A DNA stretch of 64,000 bases from IMG/VR virus record IMGVR_UViG_3300042867_001113; one strand, written 5' to 3'. The translations under genes and the position numbers were made by a program. The notes beneath the pieces are model-generated. The model searched no databases. It had not been told where the DNA came from and saw only the letters and a list, made by a program, of their open reading frames with translations. Below, one piece after another: positions 59,572-64,000 of this stretch (within the stretch, counting starts at the first letter, position 1; every line of letters starts with the position of its first letter). The DNA is from a virus.

Positions 59572-59961
59572 TCAGAGGCTGGCCTCTTTCACGAAGAGGG
59601 CGACGCGGGTGAGCCCCTTGTCCGTCATCCCCAGTTTTGCTGCCGACCCTTGCGATAGGTCGATGACTCGGTCTCCGGCGTAGGGCCCCCGGTCGTTGAT
59701 GACCACCTCGACCGACCGACCGCTGTCGAGGTCGTGTACCACCACGATGGTACCGAACGGCAGCGTCCGGTGGGCAGCCGTGGCTCCGGCGGCACGGAAA
59801 ACTGCTCCAGAGGCCGTCAGCCGCCCGTCGAAGCCCGGCCCGTACCAAGAGGCAACCCCGGTGGAGAACGGGACTGGGTCCGATGAGGCGACCGGGTCCA
59901 TATGGTCCGAGGCGAGAGGCGCCGCGAAAAGCAGCGCGAGCGAGGCAACGGTTTTTCGCAT
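59572..59961 (-). CDS. rlpA: RlpA-like lytic transglycosylase (DPBB domain)
   Basis: G.ASWYG..F.GR.TASG...TAAHRTLPFGT...V.INDRGP...RVIDLS..AA; N-terminal signal peptide. Confidence 0.9.
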   Translation of the reverse strand: MRKTVASLALLFAAPLASDHMDPVASSDPVPFSTGVASWYGPGFDGRLTASGAVFRAAGATAAHRTLPFGTIVVVHDLDSGRSVEVVINDRGPYAGDRVIDLSQGSAAKLGMTDKGLTRVALFVKEASL

Positions 59962-59991
59962 GGGCGGATCGTGCTCCGACGACGTCAGGAG

Positions 59992-60441
59992 TCAACACGG
60001 CTCGGCGTTGAAGTACTGGTCGGTGAGGTCTTCGCACTCCTTGCTGCAGTGATTCGCAGAATGGCTGGTGGGGAAACAAGGCTTCCCGCAGTCCATGCAC
60101 TTGCCGATCGGGATGCGGTCTTTCGTGGAGGCCGCGTTCAGGTCGACCTCTTTGTAGCGAGGCTTGGTGAGGCTGGAGGCGAACTGCTCTGCCGTCGGGT
60201 CGATGATGACCCCGTCAGGGGACACGCACCACCAGTGCTGGTCCTCGATGTCCCTACTCGGGATGGACCAGTGAACGAACCCACACGCTCGACGCAGCTC
60301 GGGGAAGTCGGCGATCATGAGGTCGACCGCCTGCTTGCACTTGCCGCGCACGAACCTGTGGGGTTGCGCGTGAACGTATCGCTCGATCCATGCGATCCAC
60401 TGGCTCGCCGACGAGGCTACCACCGAGGTGTGGCGGGTCAT
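59992..60441 (-). CDS. transglutaminase/papain-like fold protein with C-terminal Cys cluster
   Basis: GKC...HWW...IIDPTAEQF; CMDCG...CSKEC. Confidence 0.55.
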   Translation of the reverse strand: MTRHTSVVASSASQWIAWIERYVHAQPHRFVRGKCKQAVDLMIADFPELRRACGFVHWSIPSRDIEDQHWWCVSPDGVIIDPTAEQFASSLTKPRYKEVDLNAASTKDRIPIGKCMDCGKPCFPTSHSANHCSKECEDLTDQYFNAEPC

Positions 60442-61049
60442 TCGGCAGCGACCGCAGCCGGGGTGTCCGCCGCGATGATGCCGTCGCGCTTCAGTCCTTC
60501 GAGGATGTAGAGCGCCGCCTGTGCCGAGAGGCTCCGCAGGTTCCCCGTCGCTGCCTTCGCGAGCGCGGCCTTGAGCGGTACCTTCATCGACACCACCGCC
60601 GTCGTGCTGTTCGGCCCGCGCGAGGGTTGACCGGCCACCTCCTTGAGAGGCTTCAGCACCTTTGGAGGCTTCACCTTGGGAGGCTTCGGCTCCTTCGGCT
60701 TTCCGTGGTTCGGGTTCTTCGGAATCCACAAGCCGCTCTCAGGGTCGAGGTGGGGCGTGATCTCGACAGCAGGGCTCTTCGTGACGGCAGGGAGCGTAGC
60801 GATCTCCACGTTCGCGGCAGGCTCCGGCTTCTTGTCCTCCTTGAGTGCCTTCACTGCCTTCTTCTTCGGGCTGGCCACAGGGTCCGTCGTCAGGTTGTCC
60901 TTGACTACAAGCGTAGCCTTGGCGGCGACGTCTGCCTTCACGGTCGCGATGGCGTTGTTGATGGCGTCGTCGAGAGCGTCTGGAGCGTTCGAGGCTTCCG
61001 GGGTCGTCGTCGGAGGCGTGAATTCAGGGCTGCGGGTGTGCTTTGGCAT
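60438..61049 (-). CDS. Lys/Pro/Ala-rich protein with C-terminal Arc-like ribbon-helix-helix
   Basis: VVSMKVPLKAALAKAA..NLRSLSAQ; AAGGAG SD. Confidence 0.55.
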   Translation of the reverse strand: MPKHTRSPEFTPPTTTPEASNAPDALDDAINNAIATVKADVAAKATLVVKDNLTTDPVASPKKKAVKALKEDKKPEPAANVEIATLPAVTKSPAVEITPHLDPESGLWIPKNPNHGKPKEPKPPKVKPPKVLKPLKEVAGQPSRGPNSTTAVVSMKVPLKAALAKAATGNLRSLSAQAALYILEGLKRDGIIAADTPAAVAAE

Positions 61050-61088
61050 GTTGGTCTCCTTCCGAGGAAGTAACTGCACTTTTGCAGT

Positions 61089-61571
61089 TCAAACGAACGA
61101 GATCTGATGGTCGATGTTCGTCAACTTTCGCCAGATCTCTGCCTGTGTCTGCTGGAACCACTCTGGGTTGATGGGGCCGAACACGCGGGTCTGGCAGATC
61201 CCGACGCGGACCTCAGTGGGAGTGTATTCGCGGTGAGCGAGCACAACAGGGTTGCGATCGGGCGAGAGCGTGATGTCGCGGGTGACGCCATGCTCGTCCT
61301 TCAGCCAAGCGTGCTCGATGGGGAACGGGACGTGGTGCGTCGAGACAAACCCCTCGCAGTAGGTGAGGGGGACATCCTTCTGCTGAAGGACAAGTCGGAT
61401 GCAGTTCTCGAAGCACGCCTTCATCTTCGGGCGCATGTGCGCCTCTCGGATGGCGAGACGAATGTGCGGCGGGTGGTGCGCGTAGGGGACCGGAGCCCAG
61501 CCGTTCCGCATGTACTGCCGGATGCGGCGGTCTGTTTCGTCTTCGTCGGTGTGCAGCGGCTTCTTGGGCAT
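61089..61571 (-). CDS. papain-like fold phage protein
   Basis: K.CF.NC...YCEG...PIEHAW...D.T. Confidence 0.6.
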   Translation of the reverse strand: MPKKPLHTDEDETDRRIRQYMRNGWAPVPYAHHPPHIRLAIREAHMRPKMKACFENCIRLVLQQKDVPLTYCEGFVSTHHVPFPIEHAWLKDEHGVTRDITLSPDRNPVVLAHREYTPTEVRVGICQTRVFGPINPEWFQQTQAEIWRKLTNIDHQISFV

Positions 61572-61729
61572 GCCTCTGACAGTAACTCCGGATGAACGAT
61601 CTGCTCGTTCTCAGCGCCCAAACACCGACGCGGTGAACTTCTGGAGCAGCCATTGTCCTGCGACCACTGTGAAGGCGAGCCCGACCCAAGCCCCCAACAA
61701 GATTGCGGCCCGTAGAACCTTCAGCCGGG

Positions 61730-62110
61730 TCACAGCGGCCCCCGCGAGTAGTCGCTGGCCGACGGGATGGCCGTGAGGATTCCGGGGATGAAGTCGGACC
61801 GCTTGGCCCGGGAAACTACGATCTCCGGCATCTTGAAAGCCGCGTAGTAGTCATCCTTGCCCAGCCCGACGATGAAGGAGAGCAGATCCACCCGGTCTTC
61901 CCCGTCGAGAGGGAACACGACGTTGTGCTCCATCTCCCATTCGTTCACGACACGGTCCAGCTCCTGCATCTTGCGACGGAAGGTCCACCAGAGCCCTTCG
62001 GCTTGGAGTGGTTTCAGTATTACAAGTAGGGACGCTCTGACCGCAGCCCAATCAGGCGGAGTGGTCCACTTGATCCATGAAACGATCGACCAGAACTCGG
62101 CATCAGACAT
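61730..62110 (-). CDS. DUF4240-like protein
   Basis: MSDAEFWSIV...DL.S.IVG.GK..Y. Confidence 0.55.
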   Translation of the reverse strand: MSDAEFWSIVSWIKWTTPPDWAAVRASLLVILKPLQAEGLWWTFRRKMQELDRVVNEWEMEHNVVFPLDGEDRVDLLSFIVGLGKDDYYAAFKMPEIVVSRAKRSDFIPGILTAIPSASDYSRGPL

Positions 62111-62257
62111 GGAACGCCTCGTAGGTAGGTGTATGTCCGTCCGTCATTCCGGCGTGAGTCGTCCCGCCGATAGTACCCCGGCTTTCCAGAGAGCGCATCT
62201 GACGCCTCTGACGCATCTGACGACTTCAAAATAATACTAGATGACCCAGTAAAGCTG

Positions 62258-62719
62258 TCACCGAGAGCGGAAGCGCAACAGGGTCAGCGACGTCGGATCA
62301 TCCACGAAGGGATCGACCTTCGCTCGCCGAACCATCTTGAGCTTCCCGGGGCCTTCGACATTGGCCTGCAGCAGCGAGAGAATCTCAGCCTCGGCTTGTC
62401 GCTCGACGCCTGCCCACTCTTCAGCGGATGCCTTGCCGTCGTAGGTCACGACGAGAGGCACGACGTAGTCCACGGCATCCTTGCGGCGATGCACCAAGGG
62501 GCGCTTCGTCTTGGCGATGGACAGGGTGGCACCGCGAGGAGTCGAGAAGCCTCGGCCTCGCAGCGAGCGCAGCGCGGTCGAAGCTCTGGCGGCGAACGCC
62601 TGCTCCGGCGACCCGTCGTCAGCCTTGCTGAAAACTGGCTCCGCCGGGGCCCCCTCAGCCTCTTCGGCCATGGGAACTCCGAACAGATCGGCGACGTCGG
62701 AGAGGGGACCGCGCATCAT
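62258..62719 (-). CDS. hypothetical protein
   Basis: ATGA coupling. Confidence 0.55.
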   Translation of the reverse strand: MMRGPLSDVADLFGVPMAEEAEGAPAEPVFSKADDGSPEQAFAARASTALRSLRGRGFSTPRGATLSIAKTKRPLVHRRKDAVDYVVPLVVTYDGKASAEEWAGVERQAEAEILSLLQANVEGPGKLKMVRRAKVDPFVDDPTSLTLLRFRSR

Positions 62720-63747
62720 GGTGACCTGTAGGGATTGATCATCTTGCGGATGTACTCCCGCTCGGACTCTTTGTCGGACTCGTCCGCCAGCTCCTCAGCG
62801 TTGCTGCGGAAGATCCGCCAGTCCTGATCGTCTTTGAAGACTTTCAGGGACGTGAAAACCTTGGGGTACTTGAGCCCTGAAGGACGGCTGGAAGCCATTG
62901 TGCTGGCTTCCAAAGCGTTTTTCGGCAACTTGTTCATCCACTCGATCGCAGCCTTTGCCAGATCGGGGGTCGCGAAGTTGAACGTCGCCAGCATGGATCC
63001 GGAGTCGTCCAGACTCCGCACGTAGACCGGAACCGCTTTGGCAATAGGGGCAGATTCGACTGCCTTGAGCCATTTCGCGCGGATCTTCGGGTAGGCGTAG
63101 TGCCCGTCGCCTTTCGGCTTGGGGTAGATGCCCTTCTTGGCCAGCAGTGCGGCTTGCTTCTCAGCTGCTGCCTTCCCGATGTCGATGTAGTGCTGCGCAG
63201 GCTTCGACACCACAATCTTCCACCCGGCGCCCGTCTTCCCCTTCACGGCGGTGACGGTAACCTTCGGAGGGTTGGACTCGATGGCTTTGTTCATCGCCTC
63301 GTCGTCTGCCTGTGTGAGGGCCATGCCCCACTCGCCGTCGCCGAACATCTCCGGGCCATCGGCGTAGATTTCACCGTCGTTCGAGTCGAAGCCGAACATC
63401 GAGACACGCGAGACGCCATCAAGGCGTTTATTCGCGAGCTTCTCGATCTGCTGCTGGTTCAACTTCCCGTTGGGGTCGCGGATGAACGTCTCAGTGGAGG
63501 TTGGCTTGCGGAGCAGCAAACTCAGCGCCTCGCCGACGGCTTCGTCTGGCTGCATCTTGAGCGGGCTGTCGTTGCCCATGTCCACGAAGCCTTGCTTCAG
63601 ATGGTGGTTCGAGACCTCCTGTCCGACGTACTGCCCCTTCTTCTGCTTCGCGACGATATCGGAGAGGCCCTCGACAAGACCACGATCCCATGGAGCGAAG
63701 TCGCTGTGGTCGAGGCCAGAGAATCGGCGGAAGTCATCGAGGTTCAA
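62716..63747 (-). CDS. hypothetical protein (possible virion-internal protein)
   Basis: 343 aa, Lys-rich; AGGAG SD before TTG. Confidence 0.6.
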   Translation of the reverse strand: MNLDDFRRFSGLDHSDFAPWDRGLVEGLSDIVAKQKKGQYVGQEVSNHHLKQGFVDMGNDSPLKMQPDEAVGEALSLLLRKPTSTETFIRDPNGKLNQQQIEKLANKRLDGVSRVSMFGFDSNDGEIYADGPEMFGDGEWGMALTQADDEAMNKAIESNPPKVTVTAVKGKTGAGWKIVVSKPAQHYIDIGKAAAEKQAALLAKKGIYPKPKGDGHYAYPKIRAKWLKAVESAPIAKAVPVYVRSLDDSGSMLATFNFATPDLAKAAIEWMNKLPKNALEASTMASSRPSGLKYPKVFTSLKVFKDDQDWRIFRSNAEELADESDKESEREYIRKMINPYRSP

Positions 63748-63750
63748 GGG

Positions 63751-63978
63751 TCAGCTCCTGAAACGCAGTGCGGCGAGTTGCTCGTGTAATTTTGAGAGGA
63801 AGTCCGCCGCTGCGTTGAGTGCTTCCTTATCAGGGCCTTTGGCGGAATCCATGCGCTTCCAGTACCCTTCGATCTGATCGTTGACCTCCATCCGCAGCTT
63901 CTTCACGAAGTCGTTCACCTCGCGGTCGCTGAAGTCGGAAGACTCCGTGATGCGTCGCATACGCTCTTGAAGGGTCAT
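63751..63978 (-). CDS. hypothetical protein
   Basis: In operon with the adjacent genes. Confidence 0.55.
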   Translation of the reverse strand: MTLQERMRRITESSDFSDREVNDFVKKLRMEVNDQIEGYWKRMDSAKGPDKEALNAAADFLSKLHEQLAALRFRS

Positions 63979-64000
63979 GCGCCGTATCGCTTGTGGTGGC

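Noticed and set aside
1-64000. tRNA/rRNA genes, integrase, reverse transcriptase (retron/DGR), inteins or stop-codon recoding
   Set aside because: No cloverleaf or such protein motifs recognised by eye; RecA, DnaB and ThyX are of normal length and intact under the standard code. A tRNAscan/Rfam run is needed to be sure.

Overview
A 64-kb segment of a large, GC-rich (about 60-65% by eye) dsDNA tailed-phage genome; the host cannot be determined from this window. Positions 1-21.7 kb form a leftward replication/recombination block: ParB-like protein, two SSBs, RuvC, PD-(D/E)XK nucleases, RecA, SF2 helicase, primase, DnaB, DnaC-like loader, an HTH initiator with internal iteron-like repeats, a vWA + MoxR pair and ThyX. 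The remainder holds many short accessory genes, nucleotide-metabolism enzymes, a sigma70-family factor, a patatin, a thaumatin-like lipoprotein, RlpA, papain-fold proteins, an HNH nuclease and two isolated tail-fibre-like genes. I saw no tRNA, rRNA, CRISPR array, integrase or capsid/terminase gene. The most striking signal is non-coding, a layered cis-regulatory code recurring across the window: (1) five TTGAC-N16/17-TAnnnT promoters, one driving the phage sigma factor; (2) a GTTAC element 9-10 nt before at least 11 start codons, suggesting leaderless transcripts; (3) about 12 conserved 5'-leader hairpins with an A-YGNW-T loop, several matching the CsrA/RsmA site; (4) a GTTCANNTGAAC palindrome beside promoters; (5) about 15 dispersed copies of a 14-bp palindrome GGACCATAYGGWCC (parS-like or operator); (6) at least 36 copies of GAAAACT. 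All counts were made by eye, all protein calls come from motif recognition rather than database searches, and the functions of the motifs are inferences.
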